A stretch of 64,000 bases of DNA from Bugula neritina (GCA_964035545.1 OZ037771.1:6605190-6669189), one strand, 5' to 3'; shown: positions 12,705 to 25,108, numbered from the stretch's first letter. Notes: generated by a model from the letters alone, not told the origin. A program made the numbers and translations.

Positions 12705-13364
12705 TCACGATGGAAGTAGAATTTGACTAGTACAGGAAATTAGGACTGTAATTTTCTCTCAAATGGGGGGAGTTGTCACAAATTCTACTCTACAAACTGC
12801 CATAGTATATATCACTCTCTTTTGTTATTTAGCTTACACTTATAGTTAGTATGGCACACAAGTCTATCGCATTTATTATTGCGCAATAGTTGTTTACATT
12901 CTTAGTCACTTTATTGTGCTAATTGATAGTGCCTACTCCACACGGGTCACGCACAGTGTGAAATGTGGTAGTATTTTCTAGACATATTAATTTAGTATAA
13001 AAGCAGATGCTTTACTTGTAAAAGTCAGTTCATTTTAATAATTTGATCTGTGTATATCTTGCTGGAGAAATAAAGTCTACTTATATTCACAACTCTATTT
13101 ACTCTCAACTGGATTAGCAAGCTGTATGCTATTTGTCTATACACTTCTGACTACCAGACTTTTCGAACTCGTCACAACGCTACCATAGGTTTGTGACATC
13201 CACCAATTTCCAATGTTAGGAAAACCCACAAGGTTATGTGTTGTGGAGACCAACTGTTGTACAGAAAGTCATCTTGCAATTGTGCGTCCAACTGCCTTCA
13301 TGTTGTCAATCAATAAAAAGAGTTGATGTATTCCAGTGAGTGCCTTGGAGTGGTTTATGTGTCT

Positions 13365-13850
13365 ATAGCAAATAACACCAATTTATAAGCAGAAAGGAGA
13401 CCCATTAGACTGAGGAAACCACAGGGGAATAAAACTGCTGAGCCACTACTGCCTCAAACTACTAAAGAAGATAATTGAGAAGAGAATTAGTCACCAACAA
13501 GCAAAACCAGTCTGCATTTCAGAAGGGCAAATCAACTACAGAGCCAATGTTCTGCTTCAGAATGCTTCAGGAAAAATACAGAGAGTACAACAAACCCCTC
13601 ATATGGTGTTGTACAGCATGTAACTATTTTTTTATATACAGTACAAATCAGACAGAGCAATAAATCTAGAGATTAAGGATATTGTTTTATGCTTGTTGCT
13701 ATTCAAACCAATAAACCAATCCTGGTACAATGGGTGTTATAACATAAACGAGGACAGGTCATGGGCAATGCTATTTGCTGATGGATCAGGTCATTTGCAA
13801 TAGTGATTGGGAAAGACTAAACAGGAGGTTAGAGCTTCGCTAGAGCATCT
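13365..13850 (+). mobile_element. RTE-clade LINE reverse-transcriptase fragment
   Basis: PIYKQKGDPLD*GNHRGIKLLSH, QSAFQKGKSTTEPMFCFRMLQEKYREYNKPL and WAMLFAD. Confidence 0.8.
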
Positions 13851-13913
13851 GTTTGCAACCTAAAATTTTTTTGTTGCCTTTAACGAAAATGCCTTTGGTG
13901 TGAATCGTCTTCT

Positions 13914-14279
13914 ATGCCTGGGGGACAAATGCGGGTGGTGCCGAAAGCAACCCAGAGAGTTCTAAGAAATGTTAGCGCCTCCTCGCAAGAGAAGATCAAG
14001 CAAGCCAGAGGGGAGCATGGCAACCACACTTGTGGCGTATGCGACTTTCAGAGTTCGGGTCGGCGTTCCCATGGCATACATGTGGCTGGTCACTTTACCA
14101 GACACATGTGTGACTGTGGGCACGCTGAAGGATCGTACCAGGCACTTCTCCTACATTGGAGGGCTCATGGGAACCCCCAGCTGCAGATTACTGAAATATG
14201 CTTGGAGAACCTAGAAAGGGGGGGGGCTACCTTGGTTGCAGACATGGCAACTGAACTAGTCTCCTTGAAGAAATTCTAG
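13914..14279 (+). CDS. Small ORF with two C2H2-type zinc fingers, probably retroelement-borne
   Basis: CGVC-x12-HVAGH (C-x2-C-x12-H-x3-H) followed by CDC-x12-HWRAH. Confidence 0.5.
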   Translation: MPGGQMRVVPKATQRVLRNVSASSQEKIKQARGEHGNHTCGVCDFQSSGRRSHGIHVAGHFTRHMCDCGHAEGSYQALLLHWRAHGNPQLQITEICLENLERGGATLVADMATELVSLKKF

Positions 14280-16395
14280 CGCCGCCTGGAACGTTAAATT
14301 AAAGGCTAAGGAAGAGCGATTGAGACATGCGGTGCACGGGACAAATTGACTGTTATTAATATTTCTATTAATCTTCTTTATTGTTTTTTTAAATGACTCC
14401 AGGTTTTGTTTTGTCATTTAAAGGAAGGGGCTGTGTAACGGATTTGTCCTCTCATGTATTCATGTCTTTTTAGTTACCTATTATAGTTAATTTTTACAAT
14501 CATAAAATTCATAATAAATAAGTATTTGTGTTAACTTTGATTTTTTACAATTTATATTAGTTATTTTTGGTTAGAGTCTAACTGCGCAAAGAGAAGATCA
14601 AGCAAGCCAGAGGGGAGCATGGCAACCACACTTGTGGCGTATGCGACTTTCAGAGTTCAGGTCGGCATTCCCATGGCATACATGTGGCTGGTCACTTTAC
14701 CAGACACATGTGTGACTGTGGGCACGCTGAAGGATCGTACCAGGCACTTCTCCTACATTGGAGGGCTCATGGGAACCCCCAGCTGCAGATTACTGAAATA
14801 TGCTTGGAGAACCTAGAAAGGGGGGGGGGGCTACCTTGGTTGCAGACATGGCAACTGAACTAGTCTCCTTGAAGAAATTCTAGCGCCGCCTGGAACGTTA
14901 AATTAAAGGCTAAGGAAGAGCGATTGAGACATGCGGTGCACGGGACAAATTGACTGTTATTAATATTTCTATTAATCTTCTTTATTGTTTTTTTAAATGA
15001 CTCCAGGTTTTGTTTTGTCATTTAAAGGAAGGGGCTGTGTAACGGATTTGTCCTCTCATGTATTCATGTCTTTTTAGTTACCTATTATAGTTAATTTTTA
15101 CAATCATAAAATTCATAATAAATAAGTATTTGTGTTAACTTTGATTTTTTACAATTTATATTAGTTATTTTTGGTTAGAGTCTAACTGCGCAAAGAGAAG
15201 ATCAAGCAAGCCAGAGGGGAGCATGGCAACCACACTTGTGGCGTATGCGACTTTCAGAGTTCGGGTCGGCATTCCCATGGCATACATGTGGCTGGTCACT
15301 TTACCAGACACATGTGTGACTGGGCACGCTGAAGGATCGTACCAGGCACTTCTCCTACATTGGAGGGCTCATGGGAACCCCCAGCTGCAGATTACTGAAA
15401 TATGCTTGGAGAACCTAGAAAGGGGGGGGGCTACCTTGGTTGCAGACATGGCAACTGAACAAGTCTCCTTGAAGAAATTCTAGCGCTGCCTGGAACGTTA
15501 AATTAAAGGCTAAGGAAGAGCGATTGAGACATGCGGTGCACGGGACAAATTGACTGTTATTAATATTTCTATTAATCTTCTTTATTGTTTTTTTAAATGA
15601 CTCCAGGTTTTGTTTTGTCATTTAAAGGAAGGGGCTGTGTAACGGATTTGTCCTCTCATGTATTCATGTCTTTTTAGTTACCTATTATAGTTAATTTTTA
15701 CAATCATAAAATTCATAATAGATAAGTATTTGTGTTAACTTTGATTTTTTACAATTTATATTAGTTATTTTTGGTTAGAGTCTAACTGCGCAAAGATAAG
15801 ATCAAGCAAGCCAGAGGGGCGCATGGCAACTGCACTTGTGGCGTATGCGGCTTTCAGAGTTCGGGTCGGCGTTCCCATGGCATACATGTGGCTGGACACT
15901 TTACCAGACACATGTGTGACTGTGGGCACGTCGAAGGATCGTACCAGGTACTTCTCCCACACTGGAGGGCTCACGGTAACCCCCAGCTGCAGATTACTGA
16001 AATATGCTTGGAGAATCTAAAAGGAGGAGGGGCTACCTTGGTTGCAGACATGGCAACTGAACTAGTCTCCTTGAAGAAAATCCAGCGCCACCCGGAACGT
16101 AAAATAAAGGCTAAGGAAGAGCGATTGAGACATGCGGTGCACGGGACAAATTGACTGTTATTAATATTTCTATTAATCTTCTTTATTGTTTTTTTAAATG
16201 ACTCCAGGTTTTGTTTTGTCATTTAAAGGAAGGGGCTGTGTAACGGATTTGTCCTCTCATGTATTCATGTCTTTTTAGTTACCTATTATAGTTAATTTTT
16301 ACAATCATAAAATTCATAATAAATAAGTATTTGTGTTAACTTTGATTTTTTACAATTTATATTAGTTATTTTTGGTTAGAGTCTAACTGCGCAAA
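13989..16395 (+). repeat. 4x tandem repeat of about 600 bp (C2H2 zinc-finger ORF end + PPT + start of an LTR)
   Basis: Units start at 13989, 14591, 15195 and 15795 (periods 602, 604, 600, 601). Each contains aaaggaaggggc-tg-tgtaacgg. Confidence 0.95.
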
Positions 16396-16539
16396 GGTTA
16401 ACTTCCAGCCTGCGCATGGCGGGAAGAAGTTGAGTAGAGTTGGAATGGAGTAGTAGTTAGAGTTAGTGGTTGCGTTTTAATTGCCTAATAAAGATTCATA
16501 AATGAATCCAAGTAAGTTCTATTTTATATAATGATAACA
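16239..16539 (+). mobile_element. Probable complete 3' LTR ending the tandem array
   Basis: Starts TGTAAC right after the PPT, contains AATAAA near 16487, and ends ATAACA. Confidence 0.55.
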
Positions 16540-16964
16540 GGCAGTAGTAAAGTGATTATGATGACTAACAATACATTCTAATGCAGTAATATTCAGTCTA
16601 CTCGGAGGTTGTCTAATTATAATTGTTCATCGCTTTTATAATTAGTCTAAGGTTGACAATAGTTTACACTGTTAATCCCCGTGTAATTATTGGTTGCAAG
16701 TAATTAATTATTCATCAATTCTTGCTGTTGCCTGGTTTATAACTGCTTATCCCAGTCATAGCCAGTTTTATATGGTAGGCTGCAATAAGTAAAGGCAGGT
16801 TGTGGCAGCAAGGGAATAATCTTTTCTTGTTGTCTCCAGTCGACACTGTATTTGACAGGTTATCTCCGTTAAAACAGTAGTCATACACATCACAATAACC
16901 CCCACAAGTAGTTGTGTAGAGGCAACGTTAGTTCACTCGCCTTACAGTAAAAATCCCCTACACT

Positions 16965-17695
16965 ATAATGATCAACCAACTAACAAATTGAAAAATATAA
17001 GTAAGCAAAGCAAGGTGGGAGATATTTTATGAGCTATATGAGTTGCTTGAGAAGTTTGCTTTCCATTTAACATAACAATGTAGGGCAGCTGTCCTTCCTA
17101 TAACATTTGACAATCTATAGCTTATCATCCCATGGCTGCAATATTTTTGCAACAAAATGTAATTAAACAAGATTCTGTGGTTGCAATATATCCAGACTTG
17201 AAGCATGACATTAGCTCCTTAAAAGCCTGTGTTGTGCAAACATGTGGAGTTTTTCGACCCCAATATCAAGGAAGTCATTTTTTGGTTAAATGGATGCAGT
17301 GCTCAGTATAAAAGTAGAATACCATTATATAACATCTCTAAACAGTTTGACTGCAAGTTAAAAATAACCTGGAATTATTATGGAGGTCGACATGGAAAAT
17401 CTGAGGCTGATGGGAAATCTGCTGTAATAAAGTCATTCGTTGACAGCTCGATCAAAGGTCAACAACTAACGCTAAGCGATGCTGGTGAAATTTTTACTTT
17501 ATTAAGGATTAGATTGGGTAGGCGATTTTTCTATTACATTTCCTCTACAATAACAAGAAAATCCACCAGGCCATGTGTAGTGGAGACCAGTTGTTTTACA
17601 TAAATTCATCTTGCTATTGTGTCTCCAACTACCTTCATGATGTCAATGAATGGGAAGAGTTTATGTATCCCAGTCAGTGCCTTGGAGTGCTTTAT
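16965..17695 (+). mobile_element. Sola2-like DNA transposase relic B
   Basis: WLNGCSAQYKSR ... WNYYGGRHGKSEADGKSAVIKS matches the SDGCxxQYK ... HGKxxxDGxGxxxK pattern I recall for Sola2. Confidence 0.65.
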
Positions 17696-18399
17696 ATTTC
17701 TAGTATATATGTATTAGTTTAATAAACTTTCAGCTTAATAAAGCACCTAATTTAAGGATCAAACTAAACTATGGAAAAATTGAATTTTCCTAGGTAGCAG
17801 TTGACTTCAGCTACCCTGAAAGTGAGGTAGATGAAACTCGGGACTCACGACGAATTTCAAGAAAAATGTTATGAAGGTGTTAGATCACAGGCATGGAGAG
17901 GACTCTAAAAGCTCAGATTCTCAAATAACAGGTGCAAAAATTACCTGTTTTATATTTCAGCTTAATCGAAAAAACTCTGAAATTCTTAAAACGGAGTCTG
18001 ATCATGACGATTCCATGGAGACAGATGAATACTGGGCAGAATTTGACCAAACCTGGGTGAGTTTCTCTTGAACTTTAAATATTTAGTTAGAGCAAATTGG
18101 CGTAAATTATTGAATTTGTTTTATGATGAGTCAAATTAATTACTCAAACTGCTTGTTTTTGTTTTAGAGGAAAGTCTATAAGTTATGGCATGTGCAGTGC
18201 TGGTGGAGCTTATTCATCATTATTATTTCCGGTGTCATGGCGAATTGTATGATTTGAGTTCTTTACCAAACCTGGTTTAAAATTATACATAATTAGAGAT
18301 AGCCTATGGTTTAAAACTATTTTTCAAGTACTTATAGGTATCAGGAAACATACAAAATTAATTCTACACCGCTGAGATGATTGAAAGTAAAAAATCTAA

Positions 18400-20140
18400 A
18401 TTTCAGCCATCGAACTCCGAATCAAAACGACTTGGAGGCAGGGCGGCACACGATATAGGTAGCAACAATGTGAATAGTAACCGCGAAGAGAGATGAGCCA
18501 CCTGCAAGGATATGGCTTGCACTCTCCAGGAGAGGAACAGGCAAATCAGGGTTCCAATTAAGTGGATTACCTGTGATCGCTGCAACAAATGGTACCATGA
18601 AACATGCTAGGAGCTGCAGCCAGCTGATGTATCATGCTAAACTAAGTTGGCAGATGAAGGCGTGAGCTGGAAGTGCAGTGACTGCAGACAAAAAAGGAAA
18701 CGCCACGCATGGAGAGAGTCTAGCAACACCTATGAATTGAATCAAGACAACAGAGCAGATCAACAACGTAGAGGACAGTTTGGCAATGGCTAAACAAATC
18801 TGTAAATTACGAGATGGAACAGAAGAGGTATGATGTCAAACAAAACCCTAAGCAGATCGACATGAATAAAAAGATTGGTGCAGATGCAAAAACATTGATA
18901 AAAAAGGGAAGAGGAGAGTAGAAAGAGCAACGCCATCATTACCAGGGTCACTGGGGAGGATGGTAAAACAGCAATGGAGCAGATACAAAAATTGATAATA
19001 ATGGAATGCTTTACCAAAATCACAGGCTTTTAGGCTAAGAAGAAAGACAGACAATGATGTACAAAAACATCCAATCAAGATGAGATTGGAGAATGAGCAA
19101 TCGAAATGGGAGTTTATCAAAAGGTTATAACAATCAATCTCTGGGAGAACAGGGTATCAACTACAAAATTGGTAAGAGGAAGGAAGTCTGAAATTAACAA
19201 TTATAGCTGAGGGAGGAAATTAACAAGTCTAACGAGGAAAATACCTCAATGACAACGAGTGAAAAACATGCAGATACAAGAAAAGCAAGGCTTGGGGAAT
19301 GGAAAGTGATGAAACAAGTCCAACAAAAGAAAGTGACGGAATGCTGAAGGTGTTCTTCGCCAACTTAAAGGTAAAACCACTGAACTGCAATTTCTCACTA
19401 CTGACTAGGACATTATTTTTTTTAATGAAACGCATCTAGATGACACAATACCCAATAGCAGTATTCTACCAATTGAGAAAAAACAGTATTTCGTTGTGAT
19501 TGCAACATTGGTGGAGGCGGAGTTATTATTGCTATGTGCGATCAATTAAATCCCAAATGTGGATTCTGGTGAGTACAGGGAAGAGGTGGTGGCAGTGACA
19601 GTTAAACCATGAATAGTCATCTGTTGTTACTACAAACTTTATGTACATCTCTTTAACACAGCAGTCATAAATGATATTTTGGAGTCATTACAGAAAGAAT
19701 ATCAGAGGCACACTAGTTTTTTTGTGGAAGACATGAACTTTCCATAGATTGACCGGATTACAAGAGCAGTGAAGCCCTTGGCCCCATATAAAAGGCTCCA
19801 TCAGAATTCTTAATGTGCTAAATCGCCACGGGACGATCCAACTGGTAAATAGATCGACACACTTTTTCAATAACACACTAGGCTTAATTTGCACCAACCA
19901 GCCAAATGTTATATGATACACTGAAATCATAGCCCAGGTGATTATTCATTGATTATTGCTCATCTCCAAATCCCAGCCACCACTATCCGAAGAAAATCAC
20001 AAACTTTCAGGCTGTATAAAAAAGCTAACAAAAAAGCATTTCAGGAAGATATGCGAAAGACATCAGATGCATTAGCAATTATGAAGGACCCAGAAGAAAC
20101 AGGAAATCTTTTCACATGCACCAAAAAGGACTGTGAAAAA
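18400..20140 (+). mobile_element. CR1/L2-like LINE 5' part (PHD-finger ORF1 and APE endonuclease), degenerate
   Basis: WITCDRCNKWYHETC...WKCSDCR (PHD); PIKMRLENEQSKWEFIKR (ORF1); LNETHLDDTI, GGGGV, EDMNFP, NNTLGLICTN (APE); RLYKKANKKAF. Confidence 0.8.
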
Positions 20141-20289
20141 AACATCTTGCTGTGTTCCGCAAGTACTCCAATAGAGGCATTAAAATTAAGACCGCTTAAC
20201 CAAATAAACAATCCAATAACAATCAAATCCGAGGCAACGAAAATAAACCAACACAAGCCACTGCACGTAACTGCGCCGGGAATAGGCCA

Positions 20290-23093
20290 GCAAACCTCGC
20301 CCCATGGACCATTCCAATGTATCTATCATCAATAGAAAATCCTGGCCATCAAGCCCTAGTCTATGCTCTATTGGACTTTGGTTCTAACCACACATTCACT
20401 ACTACGACACTATTCATGCACTCAATGCCACTACTCATGATACAGACATGAGTATCAGCACCTTGACAGGTGTACAAGGGTCTACATCCAGCAGACAAGC
20501 TACAACTGGGCTGTTAGTCCGCAGCTACAACAGACAAAAATAGATTGAGCTTCCAATTTGTGTTAGTCACAAATACCCTGCAATCTGCCACAAGTATTCA
20601 TGTCACGGCAAGAGGTCACTGCTGGTGACAATGCGCCATTTTCTAGGCTGAGTGATCTTGGCTGGCTACTTATGGGAAATACCACTCAACATAATACTCA
20701 CAAGAACCTGCGCAATTCTCTTGCGATAGTAAACGCTAGTCTTACAACCCACAACCAGAGAAAGCATTTCATTCAAGATACAGGCAGCCACAATGAAAAT
20801 GACAACTTCGAAGCTAAAATCCTAAAAATTTTAAGCTCTGACTTTCATTCAGATCCATTCGATGAAAATTCAAAGATGTCAATCGATGACATCAACTTCC
20901 TGAAACTCATGAAAAAGCAAACATACAAAGATATAGAGGTTTACATCACTATGTTTCTTCCATTAAAACTTCAACTTGGTCCGAACAAATCTAAATACAT
21001 GGCACTCAATCGATTCAAAAATCTTCAAAAAGATCTAACTGATCTTGAATTCTCTGAGCATTATTACAAATTCATGAATGGCATCATAACACAAGGCGAG
21101 GCAGAGCTGGTGCCAGATGACAGAAAGACAATGCAACCGCATGGTACATCCCTCACTTTGGTATTTACCATTCAAAGAAGCTTGGGAAAATCCGGTTTGT
21201 CTTTGATGGAGCCGCCAAGGTGAGAGGGATGTGTCCAAATGACTATCTGCTCCAGGGTCCAGACCAAATGAATAGTCTGATCGGTATCTTGATGAGATTA
21301 AAGAAAGACATGGTAGGAGTAACCTGCGACATAGGTAGGATTGTCCACCAGTTCCGAATTTTTCCTGAACGTAGACATCTCTTCCGGTTTCTTTGGTATG
21401 ACAAGCAGGAGGAGATGGTGTCCTACAGGATAAAAGTGCATCTCTTTGGGCGCAACGCCATCCCCTGCATGCACAACATACGGTTTGCGGTCACTCTGTG
21501 ACACTAGTATTAATCCAAACACACTCGCTAAATCATTCCTCAGAAACAACTTTTATGTAGATGGTGGTTTAATGTGCTTTCCTGATACTGACTGCAATTA
21601 ATGTGATCCAAGACGTTAATTTACGTCTTCAAAAATTCTCATCTAACTCATCTGCTGTTCTCGAGTCCATTCCTGCTTCTGAAAGAAATGTACAAGACAT
21701 CTAAACTCTTGAGCCTGATGATAATTCTCAACCCATTGAAAGAACCTTAGGTCTTCTGTGGTCACTAAAATCTGATGCCTTCATATTGAGCTCATCTATC
21801 AAGTCAAACCCCAACACTCATTCAGGTGTTCTCTTTACCATTGCATCCATATTTGATCCTTTAGGCTTCCTTGCCCCATTCACTTTGAATGGTAAAAATA
21901 TACTTTAAGACATGTGTAGAATTTCAGCTTCATGGGAGGCAACCCTAGAAGGTGAACTGCTATCACGGTGGGAGAGTTAGAAATCTTCTCTGTCTGATCT
22001 CTCTAACATCTACATCAATAGATGTTACAAACCACATGATTTTGGTGAAATCTCCGAGGCAGAAATCCATAATTTCTCTGATGCCAGTATGGATGGTTAT
22101 GGTGTAGTCAGCTACTTGAGAGTGGTCAATACCAAGCACCAAGTTAATGTGTCCTTGCTTATGAGTAAAGCTCGAGTGAGGTTATGGCTATCATAAATTC
22201 GCGGCCCCTCTCCACAGTCACTGAAGAGCATCATTCTCTCACTTTAAATCGCCTGCTGACTATGAAATCAGACATTATACTTTCACCTCCATCTGAATTC
22301 ACTGACAGTGATATTTACAGCCGCAAGCGCTGGCGAGCTGTGCAGCATCTGGCAAATAACTTTTGGCAGCGCTGGCGCACTAAGTATTTGTGCTATCTCC
22401 AATCTCGCCAAAAATGGGTGAATCAAACAGGCCGAGAAATGAAGATCGGAAACATAGTGATTATTGTGGATGACAATAGTAATAGAAATGAGTGGTCTAT
22501 GGGAAAGGTGGTAGAATGTATGAAGTCAAAAAACAGTAGAGTCAGATCAGCCAAAATTTTAATTGGTAATAGAAACCAGCCGTAAACTCCAAAAACTACC
22601 TACACCGACCTGTCTCAAAGCTGGTGACGCTAATTAAAAACTAAAACCGAAAAATAAAAAAAATTTAAGGATAAAGAGTAAACATTGCTGAAAATTCATG
22701 AAATTTTAGGTGGGAGTGTAGTGTCCTAGATAATAAATAGTAAAATTTCATAAAGTTAGTGTAATGTGCATGACATTGCATCATGCAGTTATGTAACCCT
22801 TTTGTAAATATTATTATAGTTGTGTTGTTTTTCTTTGTGTCCTAAATCCCCTTTATCTTTGTGGTTTGTATATATATTGTCAGTCTTGGAAATGTGTTCC
22901 TAGTGATTAGTTGTGCTTTCCAAATAAAGATATTTCAGTGAACTTTAAGTATAATACTATTGCACTTAGTTTTATTAGTTTGCTTACTGATACTTTGCTG
23001 GCAATTTTTTCATGGCTGTTATAATATCTCATTTAGCAATTTAGCATTTACTGACATTGCCACACTGCCTTTGTGTTGTCACATATTTCAACA
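20290..23093 (+). mobile_element. BEL/Pao LTR retrotransposon relic (protease, RT, RNase H, integrase C-terminus, PPT, 3' LTR 22717-23093)
   Basis: YALLDFGSNHTF, LGWLLMG, WYIPHFGIYH..KIRFVFDGAAK, NDYLLQGPD, IFDPLGFLAP, FSDASMDGYG, SKARV, IINSRPL, FWQRW, HRPVSKL. PPT aggtgggag followed by TGT...TTCAACA. Confidence 0.92.
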
Positions 23094-23659
23094 GCAATGA
23101 ATCACCCATCTTTATTGTATACTCTAGCACTTGTTTTTTCACTGTTATTTTTTTATTTTCATGACCATTTTAGTAAGTGTAAAAAGGTGGATTGCGTACG
23201 TGAGAGAGTAGAGTGTTATATTCTGCACTGACTGCACTCAAAATGATGACTAAGAAATATGTGCATTAGCTATTCGCGTAACGACAAAAAAAGATGAGAT
23301 ACACGCTTAGCCAGGACACAAAAGTAAGAACCCTCAGGAGACAAGGTTTTATTCACATTTACTCTCATATAATATTAGCTATTTTCACAAAGCGCATGGT
23401 ATAAAGTATTTCTTTTTTTATACTACTAACTCTCTCCTAGAAAGGGTGAAAGAGGTATGTTTTTATATATAACTTTGTTAATCTATACTATAACGTTGAA
23501 TATTTTAATAATTATAATACAAGCAATTTATCAAATTATTGTATCTACTTTTCTGTGTTGAATGTTCTCTTATTATATTTCAATCCTTTTTCTTATAAAA
23601 AATTGTAGTTTCATGGTGTAAATGGTGTGATTTAAACTACACTAAAACATACACTCGTA

Positions 23660-24345
23660 TGAAACTTTCATGTCAGTCTAGGATGGCAGTTACACCTACT
23701 ATGAAAACAAATGACACGCAATCAATTTTGGTAGAGCAAGCCCCATATCACATTACAAACTTGGTACCACATTCCTTGCGTGGGTAGAAAGTACCAAATG
23801 CCTTGGGGTAACCATCCAGTCAGACCCAAGATTTGATCAGCATATAAATGATGAGTGTACCAAGTCCTGAAAAGACCTTGGAGGGATTAAGCACTTGGTG
23901 TTTGATGCCCCAAAGGAAGCTAAGCTGCTACTGGCTTATACAAGTCTATGCAGACCTATACTTGGCTATGAAGCTGTGGTTAGGATCCTGCAACTAGAAG
24001 CCAAGTGCATGATAGAGAGCTGATCCAGAATAGCGCCATACGGTTCATAAGCAATCTGAAGGAGCACACTGACAGTGTATCTGAGGTGAGGAATGAGTTA
24101 GGACTCCAGTTGCTGGAGGACAGTAGAAAAAATAATCGACTGTGTTTACTGACCCGAATTCTTCCGAATGAGGATCAACACCAAACTCTATCTAAAGCCT
24201 ATGGCGAGATTATTGAAGACAGGAAGCTTGTAACTGTAACCACCTGAGCAACTGCCACAGGAGAGCTTATCCAATATCAACTAGGAAAAGTGGGTTCTAA
24301 ACTAGATTTTTGCCACAAAAAAATCGTGAGATGCGCAGATAATAT
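23660..24345 (+). mobile_element. CR1/L2-like LINE 3' fragment (RT C-terminal region)
   Basis: KCLGVTIQSDPRFDQHI, LLAYTSLCRPILGY..V.DP, IQNSAIRFISNL and LGLQLLEDSR. Confidence 0.8.
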
Positions 24346-25057
24346 AATAACTATTTGCAAATCAGCAAATTCTGTAACAAGTGCTAACCCTGGTCTAATA
24401 TAAGTTGTCACTAGATGCTTTACTATAGACATTCCAGCTGCTGCAGAAGTCCTACCTCAACAGAGGTTTTAACACGGACAGTATAACCATAAGTTTAAGT
24501 AATAAATATAACCTGAGGTACAACTATAACCGTAAGTTCAGGTATAAACTAAAGTTAAAATTTCAACTTCAAGTAAAAGTTTAAGTTCTGCAATCTGTAA
24601 TAGTAATACTGATAGTGATGGTAAATGTACTACTAATACTAATAGTATCATTATGATTATCATTATCATTATGATTATCAAGTTAAACTATCAATTGAAA
24701 CATACTCAATCTCATAGCCGAAGGCTACGCCTACGGGTTAAACTAAAAGTAAAACTTAATGCCAAAGCCTAAAATTAACAGTAAAAGTGAATCTAATGAC
24801 CACTAGTTGAAGTGAATATGATATCACTTGAACTTGAAGTTGATTATCATAACATTATGATTATGATGATCATTACGATATGTGGCTGTACAACTACAAG
24901 TACAAGACTACAACTAGTACTACTCTAGTACTAGTAGTAGTAGCCTACTACAACCTGAAGTTACAACTGTTTGCACCAGCAATCTGCAATGCCCTTTACA
25001 GATATGATAACATTTAGTTTTAGTATGACTATGAGTACACTTTTAAGCTGAACTTGC

Positions 25058-25108
25058 CTGTGTATATTTTGGCTTGATTTCTGGCAGAGCAGAAGAACTA
25101 GAAAACAT
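25058..25108 (-). CDS. ALDH coding exon 1 (MFSSSSALPEIKPKYTQ) with GC donor; possible upstream in-frame start at 25327
   Basis: Ends CAG|GCAAGT in phase 0 and joins LFINNQW, matching the ALDH1A-type N-terminus (..KIQYTKIFINNEW). I see no nearer first exon. Confidence 0.8.

Larger units (their letters stand above)
10661..13198 (+). mobile_element. Non-autonomous Gypsy (Gmr1-like) LTR retrotransposon encoding only gag and protease
   Basis: LTRs at 10661-11083 and 12774-13198 (TGTCACA...TGTGACA). 5-bp TSD TCCAC on both sides. tRNA-Pro-like PBS tgggggctgctctggga near 11086. PPT aaatggggggag. SCAN-like capsid (YLERF..LREVILQEQF), CCHC knuckle CTHCKMSNHNTSAC, protease LQDTGC. No RT, RNase H or integrase. 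Confidence 0.93.
9410..13360 (+). mobile_element. Sola2-like DNA transposase relic A, interrupted by the LTR element at 10661-13198
   Basis: About 9950-10610 and 13215-13352 align with relic B (16965-17690). Degenerate VWLDECYTQYKSK and H.KSEAYGQSA motifs. Confidence 0.65.

Noticed and set aside
13989-16395. Tandem array as a CRISPR array or retrozyme
   Set aside because: The context is eukaryotic, there are no unique spacers, and I found no CUGANGA/GAAA hammerhead core in the unit.
24715-24746. Hairpin tagccgaaggcta as a Helitron 3' end
   Set aside because: There is no CTRR terminus or matching 5' end, and it is too short to call.
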